The notes beneath the pieces were generated by a model. The model was not told where the DNA came from. It made no database searches and saw only the letters and a program-made list of their open reading frames with translations. From Bispira polyomma (Eukaryota), in the NCBI GenBank assembly GCA_965649765.1, contig OZ287748.1, positions 55,614,001 to 55,678,000 on the forward strand: 64,000 bases of DNA, read 5' to 3'. The position numbers and the translations under genes were made by a program. Positions 49,255 to 61,300 of this stretch are shown here, in pieces. Position 1 is the stretch's first letter, and each line of letters starts with the position of its first letter.

Positions 49255-50514
49255 CATTTCACATTAGAAACATATAAATTAACTTACACATATTTGTCCA
49301 GCAGTTGAAGGACTTTTACGCTGTATTGCCGGAATGATCGGTCGTCTAAATGGCGACAGCTGTTGCCCAGCATGACCCCGAACTGCAACCTGGGGTCAGC
49401 AGACAGACCTTGCTGCTGGGCCAAGGTGTCGTACATCATTTTTTGGAGCCTAATGGTCCTCTGAATCTTTAGACACCCCTCGCCTGGGCCTATTCAGGGT
49501 AGCACCTTGCGTTGGTGTGGGGGTATGGGTCGGCCCATTTGGGGGTTCGCTCGGGTATTTCATCAGCCTCAGCATCTGGCCCAAACGCTGGTTCCTTGTC
49601 CAGGACCTCAGTATCTGCCTCTGTTTGGGTGGAGAGTCCAGCGACTTCGCCTGATGACATGCTCTCTGTTGTACTTGAGCTGTAATTGAAAAGACAAATG
49701 CAAAGATATTTAAAAGAAGAAAACTGAAATTCATGAAGACATTCTTGCAGCATTTTAGCCTGGCCTTTAAAATCTAAAATATTTAGTGAGCATATTTCTC
49801 CTGCATTTCATCCTGGGGTTGCATCGAAATGGGAACCTTTTGAAATCAATTATGTTTAACTTCAACATTATCAATGTAAATGGAGCAGTATTTCTGTAAT
49901 GCAAACAAACAATATCTCCCCCACCATGGTCGGATAACCAAAGTCCTGCTGCACATGCACTGAAAATGCAATCTTATCTTAAGTGCAGCAAAAGCTCTAT
50001 TATCCGACTATTCCATTTCACGAACTCAAATTCATTTTCAAAAACTTATTTTTGGCTATTGTTCAATACAAAAATGTCCCTTCTATTTTACAGACCTTTA
50101 TCCAAACCAATTCTCACTCTCCAATGTGGTCGGAATATAGAAATTACACTGTATGCATGCTATTGACGTTAGCGAAACAGGTTACTGTGACTAATTTATT
50201 ATAATAGACATTGTTCAACCGCAATACATTATTGCATGTCCTCTTCATCATATATTATCTTCAGTTTACTTAATTATTGTAAATATAAATCAAACTTACT
50301 GTTGTGTTCTTCCTCTTTTCCAATCTGGAAATCTGACCAAAGTGGGAAGGTATAGCGTTGTAAGATCCACTCTACCCATTTGGTTGGCTTTCTGTACCCT
50401 GCGCCTGAGGGTGGCAGCTCTGTGTGTCTTGCATAGGTGTTATGTATGTTGGTCCACCATTGGCGGAGCTGATCACCTGTTCAAAGCAAACAACACTTTT
50501 ATTTATTAACCGAA

Positions 50515-50955
50515 ATGTTTGGATAACAGGACTTACGAGTTATCAGTTAAAAAAGATCATTACATATGACAGTTACAAGTTGGGCACTCTGTTATCCACA
50601 CTTCAATGGATTACTCAATATGTTTGGATAACAGGACTCATCAGTTTTCAGTAAAAAAAGATCATTACATAGGAGAGTTACAAGTTGGGCACTCTATTAT
50701 CCACACTTCAATGGATTACTCAATATGTTTGGATTACAGAACTCAACAATTATCAGTACAACAAAAGCATTACATATCATTATTCACATATAAATGACTA
50801 AATTAGAAACATTAATTCAGAAGTTAAAACTCTATTATCCACACTTCATTGGATTACTTAATATGTTTGGATAACAGAACTCATCAGTTATCAGTACACC
50901 AAAAACATTACATATCATTATTCACATATAAGTGACAAAATTAGAAATATTAATT
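50515..50955. repeat. ~105-bp tandem repeat (3-4 copies) in the first intron of the Harbinger MADF gene
   Basis: ATGTTTGGAT.ACAG.ACT recurs at 50515, 50620, 50725 and 50863, with CTCT.TTATCCACACTTCA.TGGATTACT between. Confidence 0.9.
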
Positions 50956-51889
50956 TACAATCAACATGCGTGTGAGGTCTAATTGGTCTGCTTTTTCCTT
51001 CCAAATACCCAGCTTCTCAGTGTTCGCTAGGCTGTACTTTCGGGACTCCTTGTCCCACAGGACCTTCTGACCTCTGACCCAATCAATCACCTCATCCTCC
51101 TGGTCACGGCTTAATTCAACTGGAGGTTTTTTGTCCTTTTTATTACACAGCTTCCTGTGCTTTACACTGTCAGAACTATGACCACCATCTGGCTTCATTC
51201 CCACCCACACTTCCCACGTGGCTTTGCATATGCACACAATACATATGGAGGATCTTGCGTCATCAGACGTGAGACGTAATGTGGGCCAATGGGAGGTTGC
51301 GTCCAATTAAGCACAATTTGAGAGAACTTGCGTGTTCAAATGCCTAGTTTTGCAGCATCAAACGTAAGCTTGCGTGTCTTTGCGAGTCTGTATGTGAGAA
51401 ACGTACAGCTGTGTGGGACCACATAGACTGGCTAGTGTTACCGTAGGAAAATGCGACATGTAGCAACAGTTCGCGTCTTGCGGCGAGATCAAATGTACAT
51501 CAAAGGTGTGTACGTGGGAATGCGTATGTTTGCATTGGGGTGTGGCCTTGCATAGCCATGACGTACATACACACATTGTGACGTATATAGACGTTACTTG
51601 ACGTTTAAAGACGTAATGCTTACGTCAAAGTTCTCGTTTGAATATGTCACAGTTTTTACAGCTCATGCGTGTCCAAATTTGTTTGAAATTACAAATTTCT
51701 TGCGGGTCAACTCTCACGCTAGTTTATGTATGTCTCTGTATGTAATGCTTGTTCACACAACAACCACGTAAACCTTACGCAGAACCAAATTTCTAACGAC
51801 TGCTTACGTGTAAGTCGGTGGGACTGGGGCATTTGTAAGGGTTTTTTCATAGTTCTACATTGCTATATGCATGCTGAGGACTGACCACG

Positions 51890-52255
51890 TGGCCGGTTGA
51901 AGATGGGTGTTGCCTTTAGTCTCTCCTCTGAGCTTAACTATAGTGGCCAGAGTAGAATAAGGGATTACTGATTGCATTCCTCTTTGCTGGGTGACCAGGT
52001 ACCATAGGCCTTGGACTCCACAGACTCGCTTGCATATTGCTTAGTCAAATCTTGTAAGGTTGTCATTACCAAACAGACAGCTATTTAGTATAATTGATGT
52101 TTACGCATACGGATGTTTGACGTTGTGGCCGTGTGGAGTCAGATCCAGTCCTTGATACCTCTTCTGAGCCAAACTATAGTGGCCAGGGTTTAATAAGGGT
52201 TTAGGGACTCAATTCATCTCTGCTAGGTGATTAGGTATCACAGGCCCCAGGTTCC
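51890..52255. repeat. Degenerate direct duplication (~235-bp spacing)
   Basis: GTGGCCG..TCTGAGC..AACTATAGTGGCCAG.G...AATAAGGG..TGCT.GGTGA..AGGTA.CA.AGGCC occurs twice. Confidence 0.7.
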
Positions 52256-55200
52256 ACGTGCCCATCTGTGCAATTTAAAAATGAATGTATTAAATTCACA
52301 ATTATCAGTGACTGAGCTACTAGAACAGTCATATGGGGCCTTAGGTCTTATATATTCGACTAGAACTGACAATCATAGTGTAAAACTTGTATGTGCATTT
52401 GTCCGCTGTCGTTAGCTTACTACTGTAATATTATACCAGTTGTGTCTTTTGGTAAGAAGCTGAACTAATGTACCGGGCTAGTCCCATAAACGACTTAACA
52501 ATTCCCGTGTGGGTCTTGATATACTGTTGTATGTACACAAATTTTAACTGAATTTTAATGTACCAGGCTAGTCCCATAAGTGTTTTTTAACTGTGTATTC
52601 ACACCCATGTGGGTTGTTATGCTTTGATATATACACAAGTTGTTTTAAAAAAACGTATATGTATGTTCCAGTTATTGGTCTGTTGTACTATTATTTACAT
52701 ATATATGGGTTCATTTAAAATCTGAGTTATCTCTTACAATTTTAAACATTTTATATCAAGTACGGTAACATTGTACATAGATATACTAACATATACAAAA
52801 ATAAACTCAAAAATTACTAGCACGACCCCTTTAGGGAGCGTGCTGTCTCAGTTCCTAACCACTTTCCTTTCCTTTTTTAAGGGGACTATTCTTGTTCCCC
52901 ATTATTCATTAGCTATGAACCAATCACACTGCACATGCTTCATGACTTTCTGTTTTTGGCCCCTGCTCAGGCACCATTTTCCACCCAAGTGTTCAAGGGT
53001 AAACATCAAATCAGTAATTTTAAAAAATTTCATTTTATAACATTTTAATATACTTTTACCTACCCTGTACATATATACTAACCTGTACAGAATAAAATAC
53101 CTCAAAGCTTATTCTGGTTCTCACTTAGCTTTCACCATAACTTTTTCTCCACTTTAACCTTCACCTTTGGGAACTGCAGTATCTTTTCATTGTCTTCCAT
53201 TACTAATTCACTGATACCATCACACAGGGAACTGTGAAAATATATGCGTATATAGTAGCAATAAAAGTCGGTACCTTAGAAAAAATATATCTGAGACTCA
53301 GAAAGGTTAGGCTAGGCTTGCATAAAAAGGAAATAATTAAACATTCATAATAAATACATGTTAATTGAACTGTATGGTGCGTAGGCGTGTTGTAACAAAT
53401 ATTTGTCTCCAACAAATTAAAATGACAATTGTCAAATACTAAATATGTTTTGCATTATTTTTCCTATGAAAGAAAGCCCCACCCTCGTCCCCTTATTTTG
53501 CATTATGTTGGGGGAGATTAAACAAAACTTAATGTGACCACTTGGCTTGATCATAAGGTACTTGAGAGGTATGGACTGCTATATACATTCACTGACGTTA
53601 TTGGGGTGTATAAATGGTTTATCTTCACTGCCCAGTGCATTAATGATTTCAACGTGTAGTTTTTAGTAAATGGTGAGTCAAATGTGTGTACGTGTGCATC
53701 ATGAACATAGCAAATGTAAGAGCATGTCAAACTTATAGAAAGGCATCTTGAAATTTCTACAATTAACAGAATCATTAGTAATTTCTGTAATACACAGTGG
53801 AAGCTTTATTGTCCAAACATTCAGTTTTATAAAGTCGCTTGTGTTCTATCAAGTTAACCATAACCCTCAACCATAATGTTCTTGGTGAAGTGCATCTTCT
53901 GTACCAAAGTTGCAAAGTAAAGAATTTAAATACCGTATTTTCTGTAGTATAAGCTTGCTCCAACTTTAAAATATATTTCTCTCCAGCAGGTTAAAGTTAC
54001 AATAGTCAAATACTAAATAGATTTTGCATTATAAAATTTAAAAAATTATGTTGCAAGGAAAATCCGCCATATTTCCCGAGAAAGAAGTTCAGTTTTCGTT
54101 CAGTTTCGTGAATAATAATTTAGAAATTCTGATGTAACAATGGCAAAGCATAACTCCAAAGATCTCTGGTAAATTTAATACTTTTAAGGACTGTACATTA
54201 TAATTACCAGTATGTATATACGGTGATAGTATACTTTATTAATTGGGAAGTTAGGTGATAAAGAACACGTTATCAACGGTAGCTGTTTATGATAATACAC
54301 TAACAGTGAATATTTGTATTCATTATTTATACGTTTATTGATCTACTTGATCTAATCATTTGCATATATATGCATACAATTGAGTAGCATATGCAAGTTC
54401 TTACATGTAGCTATTTTTTGTGTTTAATCAGTTACACATTAAAAACATTTATAATTACACTGTATTTGAGTTTTTAGCTTGCACAAAATTTCACTAATGT
54501 TTAATTTGTAAGCAATTTGCAGGATTGAGTTTCACTATTGGACATTTTTACTTAAATGAATCATATCAATTTTAATTTTCAATGGGAATAGGCATTCTCC
54601 ATTTTAAGTTCTTTAGAGAATAGTTAAAATAAATTCATAATTAAATTTCCTAACTATAGAGTATGTTATATCCAGTTTGGCAATATGCTCATTTCATAAA
54701 ATGGTTAATAACTTTTTGTGTATAAAGTCATTCAGTAAAGTAGTCATTAAAAAATGATAAATTTATATAGGCAGGCAATTGATACAGATTGTAAGATAAA
54801 AAGATAGAGGCTTAGAAAGTCAGATCTTGAAAATAGAATAAGAATGTGTAGTGCAACAAAGTAGTTTTTTTTAAATGCATCCTGTTCAGCTGTACTAGGT
54901 AGGCTATGTTTAGATCTGGGATGATACACAAGTCGTTTGGGGATATTTCCCTAGAAAATATAAGTTGCTCAGAAACAAACATTCCAGTTGATTTAAAGAA
55001 TTGACTTTAATGGTGTTGCCTTCCCAGCTCAGACTTATTTTAATTCATTTCTATTTAGAAATTGAAGTTTAAAAATATTAACCTGAATTAAAAAATTAAT
55101 TTCTAAAATGTATTTAGACCTTACATTATTTTAGATGTCAAAATATAGCACATAGTTAACTTATATGTAACATTCAGAATAAAAAAGGTTGTCCTATTAC

Positions 55201-55318
55201 CAGATATCAGAACTGAGGCATCACACGCAAATCAGTTATGCATTGTTGTCTACTATGTCTTTCTTTTTTCTACATTATCAGTTTGGTGAACATAAGGTAG
55301 GGGTTACATGTTCTGTGT

Positions 55319-55325
55319 TATAAAA
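55319..55325 (+). promoter_or_regulatory. Candidate TATA box of carboxypeptidase copy 2
   Basis: TATAAAA ~50 bp upstream of ATG 55375. Confidence 0.55.
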
Positions 55326-55374
55326 GAGACAGACCATGTGATGTCTAGTTAGACGTTTTGTGGAAGCAGCAGAC

Positions 55375-58300
55375 ATGATGAAATCACTCATTCTGGTACT
55401 TTGTCTCCTGAGCCTGACCGTGGCGTGGAAAACCTACAGGGGGTAAGTCAGGATATTCTTCTGGCTGTGTCACTGTATTTAAGCTGCACAGTCTGGTATT
55501 GTAAGCATTATCCAGACCAACTGTTAATTTTTGGTGGAAAGCCTTTTTGCTTTCAGTAATCAAATACTGACAGTGTATGCACTCGGATATTACTATGACT
55601 TCTATGTAGCTATGTTGACAAAAAAGATTTAATATAAACATAAGCTGTATGTTATAGGGAAGAAAAAAAGTTTTCTTTAGACTGTTGATATTGCAAGATA
55701 TAAACCGATGTTTATTTTAGTTGCCATTTCTTATTACATGCACTTATCTGTAAAGAAAAATAAGATGATCAAAACCCCATAATGATGTGAATACCTTCTG
55801 TATACTCTATTTTCATTATAAAAAGATATATTTAAGATAAATTGTCTGTAGAAACTGACACAAACTTAAAAATATTTTTTGTTATTTCTTTCTTTCTGTA
55901 AGTTGTGTGGTTGATAGTTGAGATGTTATGGAGAATCAGTGTAGTTTACATGTATTAAGCTATTTTAAGTGATGATGTTATGGAGAATCAGTGTAGTTTA
56001 CATGTATTAAGCTATTTTAAGTGGTAAATAAAGAGGTAATGCCAGCCACCCATTATTAAAATATATATTGCACTCTTTATAACTTTTAATAATTATCCAC
56101 TATTTTTCGAACTCTTATTTTGTAGTTAGACAATACTTTGCAGCCTGTCCAAATAACCTTTGTTTTGTCAAGATTCTAAGACAGATCACCAAATATATCC
56201 AGTGTATTTAATGTAGCCTGCACGGAAAATTTAATTCCACCTAATATGATTGCAGTGCCATCTGTGAATTGCATTTAATTTATTGTTTGAATTCCAATTG
56301 TACACCAAAATACTGCTAGCATAAATTAGACATGTTAGAAATGTTACTACATTTTATCACATGATAATAGGAATTAATATTGTTTGTGATAACAAATTTG
56401 ACCTTTTTACAAAATACTTTTTTAAAGAGATGACTATAGTATTTTTGACTTCCTGGTTTTGTCTATTTGCAAAAAAAATAAGCATTGTCATATGATATTT
56501 AGCTTGATATATCAGTTTATTTTCTATCATTAATAATATCAAGTACTTTGCTGGCTTTTGGTTTGTTTATACATGTATTTAAATAGTTACAGCAATATTT
56601 TAATCTGTCTGAGATTAAATAAAAGTCGCCGCATATGATGATATTATCACCTTTGGCAGTCTTAGCTAATTATTTTATAATTTGTTTTTGATGTTTTTTT
56701 ACCTATATTTTTATTAGATATCGCACTTACAAAGTGATCCCACAGAGTGAGGAACAATTGAAGGATTTACGAACCATCTATGATGATATAGAGGTAATAT
56801 AATGCATAAACTTTAAATGTAAACCAATTTGATTTTGCCACAGTTCGTTACATAAAGAGAGCATTGTACTGGTTTCAATTGCTTTAAATGTGTTACAAAT
56901 TGCAATGTAACTTTACAACATAAGTAAAAAGATAACATTATTGTTGTGTCCAAAATGAACACCTGCTACCCATATTTTCACAATAGACGAAATTTTAACA
57001 ATGACTATAGCTGTGAATCATTGTGAAATAATTATTATAATCATTATTAATAGCAACAATCTTGAAGCATTTGGTTTAGCATATCTAATACCATCCCGAA
57101 AATATGTACTTGCCACTGGATAAATAGTTTAGATTAATTATGTGGTCTACTTCCTTAGTGTTGCCATGTGATACTAATGTCATCAAACTCAATGTTGCAG
57201 TTGACCTGTTCTAGTTTCACGGTTTAATTTTTTTTAAAGACTGTGCAAACTATAAAGTAGTGGAGCACCGTATGTATTCGTGATTCTTCTGTTTACTTTG
57301 CAGCTGGATGTGTGGAAAACTTCCAGTGGAGTCGGTGATGAAGCCCATGTGATGGTCTCACCTGAAAAACGGCTGTCTTTTGCAGAACTCATGGTCAAGA
57401 AGGGTTTTACCCTTGGTGTACATGTGGAAGATGTAGGAGAGTAAGTCAAAGCTATTTGTTTACTAGGAGTTTTTAAACTAGATGTACATGTGGTAGATGT
57501 AGGAGACTAAGTCAAAGCTATCAGTTTAAAAGAAGCTGTTAAAATAGATGTCATGTGGCAGATGTAGCAGAGTAAGTCAAAGTTATTGGTTTACTAGGAG
57601 CTTTTAAACTAGATGTACATGTGGAAGATAAAGGAGAGTAAGTCAAAGCTATTGGTTTACCAGGAGATTTTAAAGTAGATATACATGTGGTAGCTGTAGG
57701 AGACTAAGTCAAAGCTATTAGTTTACTAGGAGCTTTTAAAGTAGATGTACATGTGGTAGATGTAGGAGAGTAAGTCAAAGCTATTTGTTTACTAGGAGCT
57801 TTTAAACTAGATGTACATGTGGTTTGGTCTTAATGGTACTGTCCTTGATTGGATCATTTCATACCTTGTTCTTAGAACCAAAAAAATCAAATTGGGCGAC
57901 CACTTTTCATCCTCTTTTAACCTACCATTTGGAGTACCCCAGGGGTTGGTTCTCGGCCCTTTACTGTTTACCCTCTACACCCTTCCTATCAGTGCAGTCA
58001 TCAATAATCACAATGTTAAACATCACATGTATGCTGATGACAGTCAAATCTCTCTCTCTCTCTTAACACTCAGAATGCTGGATACAACCTGGATTTAATT
58101 GCCGACTGTCTCTCCTCAGTTCAGGCGTGGATGAACTACTCCAAACTGAAACTAAACCCTAACAAAACTGAATTCATCCTAATTGGAAATAAGAAAGTGA
58201 ATACTTAAGATCACTTTTCCCAATCACACTGCTGGGCAATGAGATTCAACCTTCAGACCAGGTAAAAAAACTAGGTGTCACTATCGACCCGGCTTTTTAT

Positions 58301-61300
58301 TTTTTTTCCTCACATTAATACCATCCGCCGCTCCTGTTACTATCACATTCGGGACCTCAAAAGAATCCGAGATTATCTGTCACAGTCCTACCCACAAGGT
58401 ACAGCCCAAAATTCAATCTTCACAGGCAGGCACAAATTTTGTTTTATCAGGCTTAACTTGACCCTTGAAAACACACAAATGCTCTGTTAAGTTGAAAGTC
58501 CAACTTTATGCTAGACTGATGTGGCCTGGAAAACCACTGATGCCTTGGATAAACAAACATGCAGAAGACAACACACTCCTCCCACTGTACAGTCTGGTCT
58601 TTTATTTAAATAAGCTGCACAGTTTTATGAGGATGATTTGGGTGGGGGGTGGGGGGGATTTGTGAAGTAGAGTATGAAATAAAAGATTTTTACACTGTAA
58701 AATATATTTTAATTTTCTGCTATGTTCTTTTAAAAAATATGATAAAGCATTAAATACTGAACAGTTATATTATTTACAGTAATAGGATAATAAGGATATA
58801 GATGTGGAATACACAAATATTTTATACATTATATATACAAAGGCAACTATTTAACAGTTACACTTTCAAGAAACTGGAGGTTTTTAATTTCTGCATTTCT
58901 TAATTTTCATACTATTAAAGTTTTAATAAAAATATTTTAACTGAAATTATACACACATAAGATACACACAGAAACAGTTGCATTTACTAGCTCTTAGGTT
59001 TTGCTACTGACAAATGAGCCAAGTTAACCAATGTTTTAATCATTGAAAGTCAGAAATGGGAGGATAGGAAGGATAACGGGGATAGAATTGGTTGCCTATC
59101 TCTTCAGGCCTGCCTATCTGCCGTAGTCCTCTTCCTGGGTGCTGACATATCCATCCTTACAACCTGGCTATGTTTTTTCATTTTTCTATTGGCTGATTGA
59201 TTCTGATGTTGCGCCTTAGAAGATGCCTAGCATCAATAAGGCGCATTAAAAATGTACAATACAATACAATGTGGTAGATGTAGGAGAGTAAGTCAAAGTT
59301 ATTTTTTATGCCGAGCTTTTAAACTAGATGTACATGTGGTAGATGTAAGAGAGTAAATCAAAACTATTGGTTTACCAGGAGCTTTTAAACTAGATGTACA
59401 TGTGGTAAATCTAAGAGAGTAAGTCAAAGCTATTGGTTTACCAGGAGCTGTTAAACTAGATGTACATGTGATAGATGTAGCACAGTAAGTTAAAGCTATT
59501 TGTTTACTAGAAGCTTTTAAACTAGATGTACATGTGGAAGATGTAAAAGAGTAAATCAAAGCTATTGGTTTACTAGAAGCTTTTAAACTAGATGTACATG
59601 TGGCAGATGTAAGAGAGTAAGTCAAAGCTATTGGTTTACTAGGAGCTGTTAAACTAGATGTACATGTGGTAGATGTAGCAGAGTAAATCAAAGCTATTGG
59701 TTTACTAGGAGCTTTTAAACTAGATGTACATGTGGAAGATGTAGCAGAGTAAGTCAAAGCTATTGGTTTACCAGGAGCTTTTAAACTAGATGTACATGTG
59801 GTAGATGTAAGAGAGTAAATCAAAACTATTGGTTTACCAGGAGCTTTTAAACTAGATGTACATGTGGTAAATCTAAGAGAGTAAGTCAAAGCTATTGGTT
59901 TACCAGGAGCTGTTAAACTAGATGTACATGTGATAGATGTAGCACAGTAAGTTAAAGCTATTTGTTTACTAGAAGCTTTTAAACTAGATGTACATGTGGA
60001 AGATGTAAAAGAGTAAATCAAAGCTATTGGTTTACTAGAAGCTTTTAAACTAGATGTACATGTGGCAGATGTAAGAGAGTAAGTCAAAGCTATTGGTTTA
60101 CTAGGAGCTGTTAAACTAGATGTACATGTGATAGATGTAGGAGAGTAGATCAAAGCTATTTGTTTACTAGGAGCTTTTAAACTAGATGTACATGTGGCAG
60201 ATGTAGCAGAGTAAGTCAAAGCTATTGGTTTACCAGGAGCTTTTAAACTAGATGTACATGTGGTAGATGTAAGAGAGTAAGTCAAAGCTATTGGTTTACT
60301 AGGAGCTTTTAAAGTAGATGTACATGTGATAGATGTAAGAGAGTAAATCAAAGCTATCGGTTTACTAGGAGCTTTTAAACTAGATGTACATGTGGTAAAT
60401 CTAAGAGAGTAAATCAAAGCTATTGGTTTACTAGGAGCTTTTAAACTAGATGTACATGTGGAAGATGTAGCAGAGTAAGTCAAAGCTATTTTTTATGCGG
60501 AGCTTTTAAACTAGATGTACATGTGGTAAAAGTAAGAGAGTAAATCAAAGCTATTGGTTTACCAGGAGCTGTTAAACTAGATGTACATGTGGTAAATGTA
60601 GGAGAGTAAATCAAAGCTATTGGTTTACTAGGAGCTTTAAAACTAGATGTACATGTGGAAGATGTAAGAGAGTAAATCAAAGCTATTGGTTTACCAGGAG
60701 CTTTTAAAGTAGATGTACATGTGATAGATGTAAGAGAGTAAATCAAAACTATTGGTTTACTAGGAGCTTTTAAACTAGATGTACATGTGGTATATCTAAG
60801 AGATTAAATCAAAGCTATTGGTTTACCAGGAGCTGTTAAACTAGATGTACATGTTGTAAATGTAGGAGAGTAAATCAAAGCTATTGGTTTACTAGGAGCT
60901 TTTAAACTAGGTGTACATGTGGAAGATGTAAGAGAGTAAATCAAAGCTATTGGTTTACCAGGAGCTTTTAAAGTAGATGTACATGTGATAGATGTAAGAG
61001 AGTAAATCAAAACTATTGGTTTACTAGGAGCTTTTAAACTAGATGTACATGTGGTATATCTAAGAGATTAAATCAAAGCTATTGGTTTACCAGGAGCTGT
61101 TAAACTAGATGTACATGTGGTAAATCTAAGAGAGTAAATCAAAGCTATTGGTTTACCAGGAGCTGTTAAACTAGATGTACATGTGGTAAATGTAGGAGAG
61201 TAAATCAAAGCTATTGGTTTACTAGGAGCTTTTAAACTAGGTGTACATGTGGAAGATGTAAGAGAGTAAATCAAAGCTATTGGTTTACTAGGAGCTGTTA

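Larger units (their letters stand above)
48144..51198 (-). pseudogene. Harbinger accessory DNA-binding gene (MADF/Myb-SANT-like, with BESS-like motif), ~4 exons: 51198-50970, 50476-50300, 49679-49288, 48518-48144
   Basis: EVIDWVRGQKVLWDKESRKY..IWKEKADQL joined to DQLRQWWTNIHNTYAR..PSGAG..WVEWIL (MADF pattern); LQFGVMLGNSCRHLDDRSFRQYSVKVLQLLDKY (BESS-like); minus-strand CAG/GTAAG sites; frameshifts present. Confidence 0.72.
43677..51830. mobile_element. Decayed PIF/Harbinger DNA transposon with nested insertions (boundaries approximate)
   Basis: Convergent DDE-nuclease and MADF/Myb-like genes; imperfect TIRs TCCCACCTCCCACCG (43677) versus reverse complement GCCCCAGTCCCACCG (51830); ACGT/ACGCA-rich subterminal regions at both ends. 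Confidence 0.75.

Noticed and set aside
51870-51910. Possible hammerhead ribozyme core (CTGAGGA..stem..GAAG); similar CTGAGGA at ~10400
   Set aside because: The conserved GAAA and stems I/III could not be built, so it is not supportable without a covariance-model search.
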